Of a DNA stretch of 64,000 nucleotides, positions 1 to 9,100 are shown one piece after another. The DNA comes from Candidatus Latescibacterota bacterium (GTDB lineage Bacteria; Latescibacterota; UBA2968; GCA-2709665), in assembly GCA_965222075.1 (NCBI GenBank), contig OZ244937.1, forward strand, positions 1,664,001-1,728,000, written 5' to 3'. The notes under the pieces were generated by a model. That model was not told where the DNA came from, made no database searches, and worked only from the letters and a program-made list of their open reading frames with translations. The number at the start of each line of letters is the position of its first letter. Position 1 is the first letter of the stretch. The translations under genes and the position numbers were made by a program.

Positions 1-678
1 GATAAATCACTGTAGTTAATCATACGACGGGGGACATTCATGTCGCTGGTTTCTTCCTCGCGCAAGGGAAGAAAAGCCTCTACATCCATCCGTTCTGCGA
101 GTCCGAGAAGCTGAACGACGTCCTGCTCAACAGAAGTGTCTCCGGCTTCATTTGCACTTCGTTGCAACGTATCTAATATAGATCCCCAACTTGAGATAAG
201 CAGGTTACGTCCCGAACCAATGCGAACCCCCTTCATATCGTTAATTGTAGTCTCAGTTCCGACCTTAAGCTCCTGTTTAACACACCGTTCCTTCAACTCC
301 TGCCAGATGCTGACGATTCGGGCCTCGGGCACGACGAAAAGTAACGCGGATTCGGGTTCGTCGGAGAGCGAGTTGAGGTATCCAACTGGCTGGAGACGCC
401 GTCAGTCCTGCCCAGAATTTATTCTCAATATGTACACGGGGCTTTGAGGTGGCGTCATATATCGTGATATCCGGACGGCCGCCTGTCTCGACCTCAGTCT
501 CGCTTTCGATAGACTCGGCCTTGAATGGCTCGAATCCGGCACGTTTTGCCACCTTATCGACTAACGCCTGGCACACTCCTGGCGATGCATTAAGGATATA
601 TCGCAACGATTCTGTGGCGATGGTTTCCGGCGATGGCGCAAGCCTTCCTGCCAGGTGCGCCAGGAGACTTTTGTTCAT
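1..678 (-). pseudogene. PD-(D/E)XK nuclease-like protein with an apparent +1 frameshift near 390; runs off the left edge
   Basis: ORF 277..678 has GRPDITI...IENKFWAGLT. Another frame continues open as QPVGYLNSLSDEPESALLFVVPEAR...AFLPLREEE to base 1. Confidence 0.65.
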
Positions 679-785
679 ATTCCCTTATCTCCACGTTGGA
701 CGACGAAATCCCGCCTGTCGCGGTATAATCGAGCCTGGTTCAGGACGAAATCCTGCTCGGTCGAATAAAGGTCAATCTTCATGCA

Positions 786-948
786 GAGTGAGGGGAGATG
801 GGATTCCTGAAGACTATTTCTTCCGCGTATGAATAGTTTCAATCCGCTCCCCCCTGCCTGCTGCAGGCAGGCAGGCCACCGAAGTGAGAGGAGACCTGCG
901 CTGCCTGCGTTCCTTCCCCTCGGCCGTCTGAAAGTTTCAATCCGATCC
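786..948. CRISPR. Degenerate mini-array (partial, interrupted and partial repeat; two spacers of 36 and 38 bp), repeat approximately GTTTCAATCCGCTCCCC(C)CACCGAAGTGAGRGGAGAC
   Basis: Repeat 3' end GAGTGAGGGGAGAT at 786-799. Full repeat at 836-895 is 37 bp once the palindrome 853-875 is removed. Repeat 5' end GTTTCAATCCGATCC at 934-948. Confidence 0.6.
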
Positions 949-1007
949 AATCGGCGGGCATGAAATTCCTGATCTTACTTGACCTGGACTTTGGCCAAAA
1001 TGAAGGT

Positions 1008-1415
1008 CTATATGTTTTCTGTAATAACTTGAAGTGCTGTTATGTCTTCAAAGTCCTTGACGTTGTGCGTTACCAGGGGAACACCGTGTCTGACCGTGCA
1101 GGCTGCAATCCATGCGTCGTTGGGTGAAATCGGCCTTCCCTTTCGATCACACTCCGCAACCAACCGACCATAGCAGCGGGCAATCTCGTGGTCGTAAGGA
1201 ATAACAACAAAGTTACGCAGAGTTGTTTCCAGCGCTCTTCGCTTTCTTTCGCCCCAGCCTCTTTTCTCCGCACCGAAATAAAGCTCGCCTACAGTGATAA
1301 AGGTAATTGCAAGTAAACGATTCTGGATATGCGGCTCATACGCCGCGGCTACGCGGCCGCCTTTCATCAGGTATGAAACTATGTTCGTGTCGAGAATGAT
1401 CCTGGTGTCGCTCAT
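1008..1415 (-). CDS. vapC: PIN-domain (VapC-like) toxin
   Basis: IILDTNIVS, ITVGEL, NDAWIAA, LVTHNVKDF PIN motifs; 135 aa. Confidence 0.9.
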   Translation of the reverse strand: MSDTRIILDTNIVSYLMKGGRVAAAYEPHIQNRLLAITFITVGELYFGAEKRGWGERKRRALETTLRNFVVIPYDHEIARCYGRLVAECDRKGRPISPNDAWIAACTVRHGVPLVTHNVKDFEDITALQVITENI

Positions 1416-2407
1416 GGCCGAGCACCTGTCTTACCGCCAGGATGTCGCAGTTCGTCGATTGTCGCCTCGAAGCCGTCGTTTTCCTCATCCGGCCACGTAC
1501 CAAACAGCGTCCGTACGTCCGCCATTGGCTGCACATTCTGCGAACGCGCCAACTCCTGGAGTGTCGGCGATTTCCAGAACGTTGGTGAAATCGGCGTTCC
1601 CTGTGGCAGGAGATCGGCGGCTTCATCTTGCCGGTCCTCCAGCCGCTCAATATCGTGAATCTTGATGTCCGTTATTTTCCGAGACATGGGGTCTTCCCTC
1701 GCCTCTCCCACGACGCGGACGTATTGCAGAATGTTTTCCAGGACTTCGTCTTTTTGTTCTTCATCGAAGAGACAAAGGAGCGGATCTCCGGTGGATGGAT
1801 GCACACGGCACCTCGTTCCATCCTCCTTGAAGTCCGCCATCAACAGCCGACCTTCGATCACCCGGGTGTTTACTTGCGGTCCCTTGATTCGCTCCTGTAT
1901 CCGCGTGACGCCGCGCGGCGTCAACGACATCCGAACCGCCTTCTGCCGGTGAGTCAGCGTAAACTCGATCTTGTCAATTCCCTGACTGAAAAGCATCCCC
2001 AAGTCACGCCACGCCATTAATACACCCGTGTCATATCCGGCCGGAAATGCGCTATTGACATTGTCTCTTTGAACCGCTTCCAGCCCACCAATCGCCTTCT
2101 CCAGGATTTCCAAACCAAAGTCCATTTCGCGGAAGGATAGGCTCTCCTGCCTGCGCTGGAAGCCCAACACAGCCGTCGGGCTTCCATGCGTTAGCGACAC
2201 CAACTCAAGTTCCACCTCTGCCTTTATCCTGTGAGGCGGTTGGCCTCGACGCAAGCTGCCAGCATCGCCTTGCAGGACCCGCCCGGTCCGCTGAAGCGCT
2301 TTGTTGAAATTAGAAAGAAATCGCAGTAAATGAGACACCGGGATCTTTCCCGGCCCAACTGCCTCGCCATCAAAACGAATCTTCAGTAGCGAATTGTTTT
2401 CATTCAT
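1412..2407 (-). CDS. Hypothetical protein, translationally coupled to the PIN toxin; C-terminal acidic antitoxin-like tail
   Basis: Long ORF; AGGAGG RBS before the ATG at 2407; ATGA overlap with vapC. Confidence 0.75.
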   Translation of the reverse strand: MNENNSLLKIRFDGEAVGPGKIPVSHLLRFLSNFNKALQRTGRVLQGDAGSLRRGQPPHRIKAEVELELVSLTHGSPTAVLGFQRRQESLSFREMDFGLEILEKAIGGLEAVQRDNVNSAFPAGYDTGVLMAWRDLGMLFSQGIDKIEFTLTHRQKAVRMSLTPRGVTRIQERIKGPQVNTRVIEGRLLMADFKEDGTRCRVHPSTGDPLLCLFDEEQKDEVLENILQYVRVVGEAREDPMSRKITDIKIHDIERLEDRQDEAADLLPQGTPISPTFWKSPTLQELARSQNVQPMADVRTLFGTWPDEENDGFEATIDELRHPGGKTGARP

Positions 2408-2480
2408 ACGAACCTCCTGTCTTCGTTTACGTGGCACATTGCAGTCTCACTCTCACCACAAACTCCGCACGTACCCCAAC

Positions 2481-2717
2481 TCATGCTGCTCCAGTATGGT
2501 CAGCAGACAGGCAGGCCAGCCGCTCACCCCGGGGCTCCGGTATTGGATCGCCGAACTCTCGCGCGGTGTCAATCCAGAGATCCATCCCTTCATTAACGTG
2601 TCTGAGCGCGGCTTCTTGTGTGTCGCCGTGAGCCATGCATCCGGGAAGCTCGGGCACTTCAGCCACAAAGACACCGTCGGCATTGCTCCAATAGAGAATG
2701 ATCTCGTACTTGTACAT
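2481..2717 (-). CDS. hicB: HicB-family antitoxin (orphan)
   Basis: YEIILYWS..DGVFVAEVPELPGCMAHGDTQEAAL...GDPIPEP. Confidence 0.85.
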   Translation of the reverse strand: MYKYEIILYWSNADGVFVAEVPELPGCMAHGDTQEAALRHVNEGMDLWIDTAREFGDPIPEPRGERLACLSADHTGAA

Positions 2718-2770
2718 TGACTTACTTTATCCAGTCACGAAATAGCATGGCATTGCACCCCGATCCTTCA

Positions 2771-3005
2771 GGCAAGGGCCGCGTACTCATAAATCTGGGG
2801 TCTCAATGGTGCGAACGGGGCGGTATCGTTCCCACACCACTTGCTGCAAGCGCTCAACGGTCTCCGGTGAGAAGTGCCTCTCACCTGTCTCGACGTTGAC
2901 TCGCGCCGGGACATTCTCAATGAGTAAGAGCCGCCCATCGAACTCAATGTGGTACATCACCTTTTTTTCAATCAGCATCTCGTTCCACACGCGGTCGTCA
3001 GGCAT
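2771..3005 (-). CDS. YgiT/MqsA-like zinc-finger-type antitoxin protein, probably with a +1 frameshift at the C-terminus
   Basis: LLLIENVPARVNVETGERHFSPETVERLQ; ending IETP/IYEYAALA* is restored by removing one base. Confidence 0.7.
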
Positions 3006-3034
3006 CGTCCGGTCTCCTTTTCGTCATCCGCTCC

Positions 3035-4600
3035 TCATCGCCCTTCTCCCAACTCTGCCAGGAGTTGCCGCCCCTTACTCGTCAGTCGGTATTTCTGCTT
3101 GCTGCTGGTCGGCTTGTCCGGGATGGTCATTTCCAGCCACCCGGCATCCAGCAGCGGTTGCAGGTAGTTTGTCCGGAACGTTTTCCAGTGCTTCAACCCA
3201 AGGCAGTCCATGATCTCTTTCGCCATGCGAGGCACCCGGCAATGCCAGACAACTTGTGCGGTAACTTGTGCGGTAACTTGTGCGGTCAGGTCCTCCAGGC
3301 TGTTCGCAATCCGCTGCAACATATTGTTCGCAAAGGTGTTAGGGTCTTCCTGGGCGTTTCTTTCAACTTGTGCGGTGGCCTGAACTCGGCCTGGTCCGGA
3401 TTTGATGCTGACTTGTGCGGTCGGCCTGGGAAAAGTCGTCGTTACCCACGACTCCGACCTGCCTGCCGATCCGAGCTCGGCGCAGGCAGGCACCTCAATC
3501 ACCGGCTCAGCCACTCCGTGTTCGCGGCACAGGTCGCGGATGCGCCGGATGCCGGAACCGACCTGCCTGTGCGTCACCGCACGCAGACAGGTCCTCTCAA
3601 CCGCCTCCATGCGGTGCAGGATGCCGAACAACAGCGGATTGCGTGGAATGCTCTTGACGCCAAGGTCCGCTTCCGTCATACCGGCGGGCAACCCGCCCGG
3701 GCTGACGATCTCGAGCCGGTCCATAAACAGATATACCTGTACATTGGCGGTGGAGCGGTAGTCACGATGGGCCAGGGCGTTGACAACCGCCTCACGAATG
3801 GCCTCTTCCGGCAGTTCCGGCCGTTCTTCCCGCCTTACGCGCTTAATGATGTACTCCACATTGATCTTGGAAAGAATCCAGGCCATCACCTCCTCAATCA
3901 TCGAATAGACATCGCCGTGGAAGTCGCGCCTGTCGAGAATACGCACCTTGTCGGTTCCCATGAAGAGCGCGCACGCCACATCTGCGCTGATATTGAACTT
4001 ACGAATGTCCCGGGCCAGCAACCAGGCGCCCGCGTGCGCCATGCGGCCATCTTCACCGACCAGATGCAGGTTGCGCAGCGCGGTCTCCGGCTCCATATCA
4101 GCCGGTATTTTGGCGCGACGCTGAAACAGGGACCAGTTCTCTTCCTCAAGGTCTCTCTCCAACAAAAACTTGTCGCACGCGGTTTCATCGAAATGGATCA
4201 GCCCTTCCTTGTAGAAAAACTCCCGGATCTCCTCACGCGACATCTGCTGACTGCTCGCCCCCTCGCGGATGAAGAACTTTCCGCCGAAAGAGTAAGGCTT
4301 GCTGTGCTGCGCGGGCACCGTCACGCAGAGCACGCCATCCACGCTTTCGACCTCCACCGCGATGGGCGGCTCCGCGCTGCGGGCGATCGACTGCACCCGG
4401 GACTTCAAGCGGTTGTGGTCAGCAACCCCGCAGACCACCCCATCATCGGCCACGCCGATCAGAATTACGCCGCCGGTGGCATTGGCAAAGGCGCATATCT
4501 CACGCCCAAGCCCGGAAGTGCCCGAGCGCTTGAACTCGATGGTAAAGCCCTCGCCAAGGGCGGTCAGGCCAGAGAGAGTCTTTTCGTTCATGTTGATCAT
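3035..4600 (-). CDS. AlbA_2 (Schlafen-like) + HATPase_c_4 (RecG C-terminal-like) + C-terminal HTH protein
   Basis: GEGFTIEFK, EICAFANATGGVILIGVADDG, EAVVNALAHRDY, PRNPLL, TAQV linker repeats, MTIPDKPTSSKQKYRLT. Confidence 0.85.
   Translation of the reverse strand: MINMNEKTLSGLTALGEGFTIEFKRSGTSGLGREICAFANATGGVILIGVADDGVVCGVADHNRLKSRVQSIARSAEPPIAVEVESVDGVLCVTVPAQHSKPYSFGGKFFIREGASSQQMSREEIREFFYKEGLIHFDETACDKFLLERDLEEENWSLFQRRAKIPADMEPETALRNLHLVGEDGRMAHAGAWLLARDIRKFNISADVACALFMGTDKVRILDRRDFHGDVYSMIEEVMAWILSKINVEYIIKRVRREERPELPEEAIREAVVNALAHRDYRSTANVQVYLFMDRLEIVSPGGLPAGMTEADLGVKSIPRNPLLFGILHRMEAVERTCLRAVTHRQVGSGIRRIRDLCREHGVAEPVIEVPACAELGSAGRSESWVTTTFPRPTAQVSIKSGPGRVQATAQVERNAQEDPNTFANNMLQRIANSLEDLTAQVTAQVTAQVVWHCRVPRMAKEIMDCLGLKHWKTFRTNYLQPLLDAGWLEMTIPDKPTSSKQKYRLTSKGRQLLAELGEGR
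3458..3490. repeat. 33-bp palindromic element inserted in frame (adds PACAELGSAGR)
   Basis: CCTGCCTGC-cgatccgagctcggc-GCAGGCAGG. Confidence 0.8.
3562..3591. repeat. 30-bp palindromic element inserted in frame
   Basis: CCTGCCTGTGCGTCACCGCACGCAGACAGG; removing it restores VERIGSG. Confidence 0.85.
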
Positions 4601-4920
4601 CGTCCGCTACGCCAGCATCAGTCGTTCGCCCCCGGGTTCCGGTGCCAACGCCCCCTTCGGAGTTATCCGGCACAGGCAGGAAGAATACGCTCCCTGACAT
4701 AGAATATACACCCTCCAACGTGGAAAAGACAGTCAAAGATGAAAGTGGCCCTGAGACTGGAGAGGCTGCTTCGAGCCGGTGCCAGAAGGATGCTGCAAGC
4801 CTACCAGGACTTCGTGGCCTGCCTGCCGGCGACCCGCATCCAGCCGACCCACCAAAAATCACGCCTGGCCGGATTCATTGTCCTGCCAGGCGAGAAATAA
4901 GGTCTTTGCACGCATCGAAA

Positions 4921-4996
4921 TTCATCCCCACGCCTGTGGGAGCACCAGGAGCACGGCCGGGAGCATCCGGTCCATCCCCACGCCTGTGGGAAGTAT
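4921..4996. CRISPR. Two degenerate type I-E-like repeats (core CATCCCCACGCCTGTGGG) with a short intervening segment
   Basis: TTCATCCCCACGCCTGTGGGAGCACC at 4921 and CGGTCCATCCCCACGCCTGTGGGAAGTAT at 4968. Confidence 0.6.
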
Positions 4997-5008
4997 CTGC
5001 CGGCCGTT

Positions 5009-5040
5009 GTTTCAATCCTTGTTCTGGTGGAAGATTCCCA
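5009..5040 (-). CRISPR. Orphan degenerate copy of the main type I-B repeat
   Basis: 25-nt exact match GTTTCAATCCTTGTTCTGGTGGAAG, then ATTCCC (versus TATTGCCC). Confidence 0.85.
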
Positions 5041-5247
5041 ACGGTGCGGGACAGTTGGCCGTGGCCACGGGTGAAGTGGACGCCTACGGCGGCAGCCGTG
5101 CTGATTCTGGTTGGCGGCAGTCGCTGAACGCTGGTGGAGGCTGTGCACCAATGTGCCGCAGACGGTGCGAGGGGTACCGCCACGATGCTATTGGTGTAGC
5201 GACCGGTATTCGACTTCACCGTACGTTCACGGCGTCCGGTGGCCCGC

Positions 5248-6111
5248 TCAGCCGCTATCAGCGTTGGGCTTCACCTCGATGATCAGGCGGCAGTGGTCGC
5301 TTGGTCCCCATTCGTGGACATCGTTCATCGCCCGCACCGACACCCTTTCGTGGAACCCGCGCGATGCGAATGCGTAGTCCAATTGATTCGCCGCCGTTTC
5401 CGGTCCGTCTCCTGGCTTGTAGTACGTCGGCACATTTTTCGTGTCGGACGGCACGTCGTCTGGCGCAGTTCCTGCGGGCCGACCGTGAGAAGCCTGCGGT
5501 CCCAGAAATTCCAGTCCGAGCACCTTTATTCGTTTCCAGACCGTGCCTTCGCGTTCCGGCAGTGACAGCCTATTGCCGGTCGCCCCGTAGAACATGTTCA
5601 GATCGCCCGCCGCCAGAATCCTGTGTCTGGCCGGGTTGGCGTGACCGATGAAAGCCGACAGGTCCGAAATGATTCGATGTGCCGAGGCGTCGGAGTAGCC
5701 AACGCTCCAACTGCTCCTGGTAGACGGATGAGGCTTCAGCCAGCGCGCGTACATCGAGACCGCGACGAAATCCTCGTGATCGCTGTCGTGCGGGAATACC
5801 TTCGCGGCGGCGATGGTCCCGATACCGCTGACGCCAATGGCGTCCGCTCCAAGCTCGCTGATGGGTGGCACCTGCTGGTACGGCTCGACCGTGATCCGAT
5901 CAGACAGCTTCACGACCAGCGGCCAGCGGTCGTACAACTGTCGGTTCCAAAACACCGCATCTTCGCATTCGACTAAATGCACCAGGTCGCCGGGTGGACT
6001 CCCCGCTTCCTGCAGGAGTGCCAGGTCCGCGTCGCCATCGTCCGCCATCTGCACCAGTTCACGCCACGGCTGCGCCCGTTTGCTGATGTTCCAGCTTACC
6101 ACCTTGATCAT
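5248..6111 (-). CDS. Endonuclease/exonuclease/phosphatase (EEP) family protein
   Basis: KVVSWNI, LALLQEA, ILAAGDLN, QLDYAF, PSDH motifs; GAGGAGG RBS. Confidence 0.9.
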   Translation of the reverse strand: MIKVVSWNISKRAQPWRELVQMADDGDADLALLQEAGSPPGDLVHLVECEDAVFWNRQLYDRWPLVVKLSDRITVEPYQQVPPISELGADAIGVSGIGTIAAAKVFPHDSDHEDFVAVSMYARWLKPHPSTRSSWSVGYSDASAHRIISDLSAFIGHANPARHRILAAGDLNMFYGATGNRLSLPEREGTVWKRIKVLGLEFLGPQASHGRPAGTAPDDVPSDTKNVPTYYKPGDGPETAANQLDYAFASRGFHERVSVRAMNDVHEWGPSDHCRLIIEVKPNADSG

Positions 6112-6138
6112 CCAATCACCTCCTCATCGCTCATTCCA

Positions 6139-9100
6139 GTTTCAATCCTTGCTCTGGTGGAAGTATTGCCCTGAGCTTACGGCCTGGTCCCAATCAATAC
6201 AATCCAAGTCCATTACTTCCGGATGAAAAACCTCGGACCAGGGGCTGAGCTTACGGCCTGGTCCCAATCAATACAATTCAAGGGCGTTTCAATCCTTGTT
6301 CTGGTGGAAGTATTGCCCTGGGGCTGGCCGATGTGATCCGGGTGGATTTCACCGGCATGGGGTTTCAATCCTTGTTCTGGTGGAAGTATTGCCCTGGGGA
6401 AACACCAAGACGGAAAGCCGATGCATCGGTTCGATGTTTCAATCCTTGTTCTGGTGGAAGTATTGCCCTGGGGCTGATGAGCGCCCAACCTGAAAGGAGG
6501 ACCGGTGCAAGTTTCAATCCTTGTTCTGGTGGAAGTATTGCCCTGGGCGCCCTGGTCGACTCCATTCTGACCGGCGTGCCGGGTTTCAATCCTTGTTCTG
6601 GTGGAAGTATTGCCCTGGGGATTCCCGGGCGCGTTCGTGTATGCCGATGCGGTGTCGTTTCAATCCTTGTTCTGGTGGAAGTATTGCCCTGGGCGTTTGC
6701 GCATGTGGGGGGGAAAATCCACATGGAAACTAGTTTCAATCCTTGTTCTGGTGGAAGTATTGCCCTGGGATGGGCTTTACCATCACAAGTATGTCTTGCG
6801 TCTATGAAGTTTCAATCCTTGTTCTGGTGGAAGTATTGCCCTGGGATGGGCTTTACCATCACAAGTATGTCTTGCGTCTATGAAGTTTCAATCCTTGTTC
6901 TGGTGGAAGTATTGCCCTGGGAAGCAGATCCTTTACGTTTACGCGAAGGCAATCGAAGTTTCAATCCTTGTTCTGGTGGAAGTATTGCCCTGGGATCATC
7001 CCAACAACCATTGAGATAATCTAAGTATGCCTTTTCAACCGTTTCAATCCTTGTTCTGGTGGAAGTATTGCCCTGGGCGTACGCATCTTTGGGCAGCTTG
7101 TCCATGGCGCCTAAAGTTTCAATCCTTGTTCTGGTGGAAGTATTGCCCTGGGTCCCTGTTCGTTGCGGCCTCTGCCTCTACCCCAGCAGAGTTTCAATCC
7201 TTGTTCTGGTGGAAGTATTGCCCTGGGCCCGGGCCCGCCGGTGGGGGATGATGCTCCTCTGTGACATCCACCAGTTTCAATCCTTGTTCTGGTGGAAGTA
7301 TTGCCCTGGGAACGACTGCATACACTTTCAGGCTTTGTTCGGGTCCAGGTTTCAATCCTTGTTCTGGTGGAAGTATTGCCCTGGGAGCTCCCCGGAGGAA
7401 GCGTTTCGCTGGCCGTATCAGGGTTTCAATCCTTGTTCTGGTGGAAGTATTGCCCTGGGAATTCGGGAGCGTACTTGCCGTCCGACAGCACGATATCGGG
7501 TTTCAATCCTTGTTCTGGTGGAAGTATTGCCCTGGGAGCCGTAGCCTGCCCGCCGTGCCTCACTGTCGGCGTTTCAATCCTTGTTCTGGTGGAAGTATTG
7601 CCCTGGGCAGGTCGGACGCCTGCGCCCGCACCGCAAGCCTCTCCGAGTTTCAATCCTTGTTCTGGTGGAAGTATTGCCCTGGGTGTGGGCATCAAGGTCT
7701 TTGGGACCGGCCTCTGGATGTTTCAATCCTTGTTCTGGTGGAAGTATTGCCCTGGGTCGGACGCCATAGACATCAGCAATATCGGAACAGAGTTTCAATC
7801 CTTGTTCTGGTGGAAGTATTGCCCTGGGTTTCGACGATGAGGTTCAGGTAGACGCGGATGCTTTTTGTTTCAATCCTTGTTCTGGTGGAAGTATTGCCCT
7901 GGGCCAATAATTTCCTCTTCATTTCACACCTTCCTCTGTTGTTTCAATCCTTGTTCTGGTGGAAGTATTGCCCTGGGCGTTGGTTACGGGCGTCCCGTCG
8001 GGGTAACGGGCACTCTGTTTCAATCCTTGTTCTGGTGGAAGTATTGCCCTGGGATTAGAGTGCGTCAATCGGATATAGACGGGGGATGTTTCAATCCTTG
8101 TTCTGGTGGAAGTATTGCCCTGGGTCGGGGAATTCGCCCATGTAATGGTTCAAATAAATTGGTTTCAATCCTTGTTCTGGTGGAAGTATTGCCCTGGGCA
8201 GAGCACAAAACCGCCCGAAGGCAAGGGAATACTTGGGTTTCAATCCTTGTTCTGGTGGAAGTATTGCCCTGGGTGGCTGGCCTGTCGTCCGTCGTTGTTC
8301 GGAAGTAGAGTTTCAATCCTTGTTCTGGTGGAAGTATTGCCCTGGGCTTGGCAGGGCTGGGCAAGATACGGCGCGGCATGGCGAGGGTAGAGTTTCAATC
8401 CTTGTTCTGGTGGAAGTATTGCCCTGGGCCGTTGGGTGTCCTCCGCCCCGAATAGTGTGCATCCATACGTGTTTCAATCCTTGTTCTGGTGGAAGTATTG
8501 CCCTGGGTCTTCGGGCAGGCCCTTGTTCCGCCTGCCGACGATAACGGGGTTTCAATCCTTGTTCTGGTGGAAGTATTGCCCTGGGTCTTCGGGCAGGCCC
8601 TTGTTCCGCCTGCCGACGATAACGGGGTTTCAATCCTTGTTCTGGTGGAAGTATTGCCCTGGGGGGAGCGCTTCTCCGGCCAGGTCCCGATCGTCACCAT
8701 TGAGTTTCAATCCTTGTTCTGGTGGAAGTATTGCCCTGGGACGCGTCGGCGGATGTTGGCCTGGAGCTCAAGCACAACGTTTCAATCCTTGTTCTGGTGG
8801 AAGTATTGCCCTGGGCAGCACCTGGCCGTTGTGTTTTTTTAGCCGTGACAAGTTTCAATCCTTGTTCTGGTGGAAGTATTGCCCTGGGTTCCCCGCCTCC
8901 GGGCTCATCGCTTTTCATAGCTGCTTGTTTCAATCCTTGTTCTGGTGGAAGTATTGCCCTGGGCAGGATGACCCCTCACGATCTGTGCACCCAGGCCATA
9001 GTTTCAATCCTTGTTCTGGTGGAAGTATTGCCCTGGGAAGAGGGCAAGGGCAAGGGTGGGGATGATAACGGCGGTTTCAATCCTTGTTCTGGTGGAAGTA

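Noticed and set aside
3251-3422. ACTTGTGCGGT repeats
   Set aside because: They encode the TAQV low-complexity linker typical of this protein family; not a CRISPR or iteron
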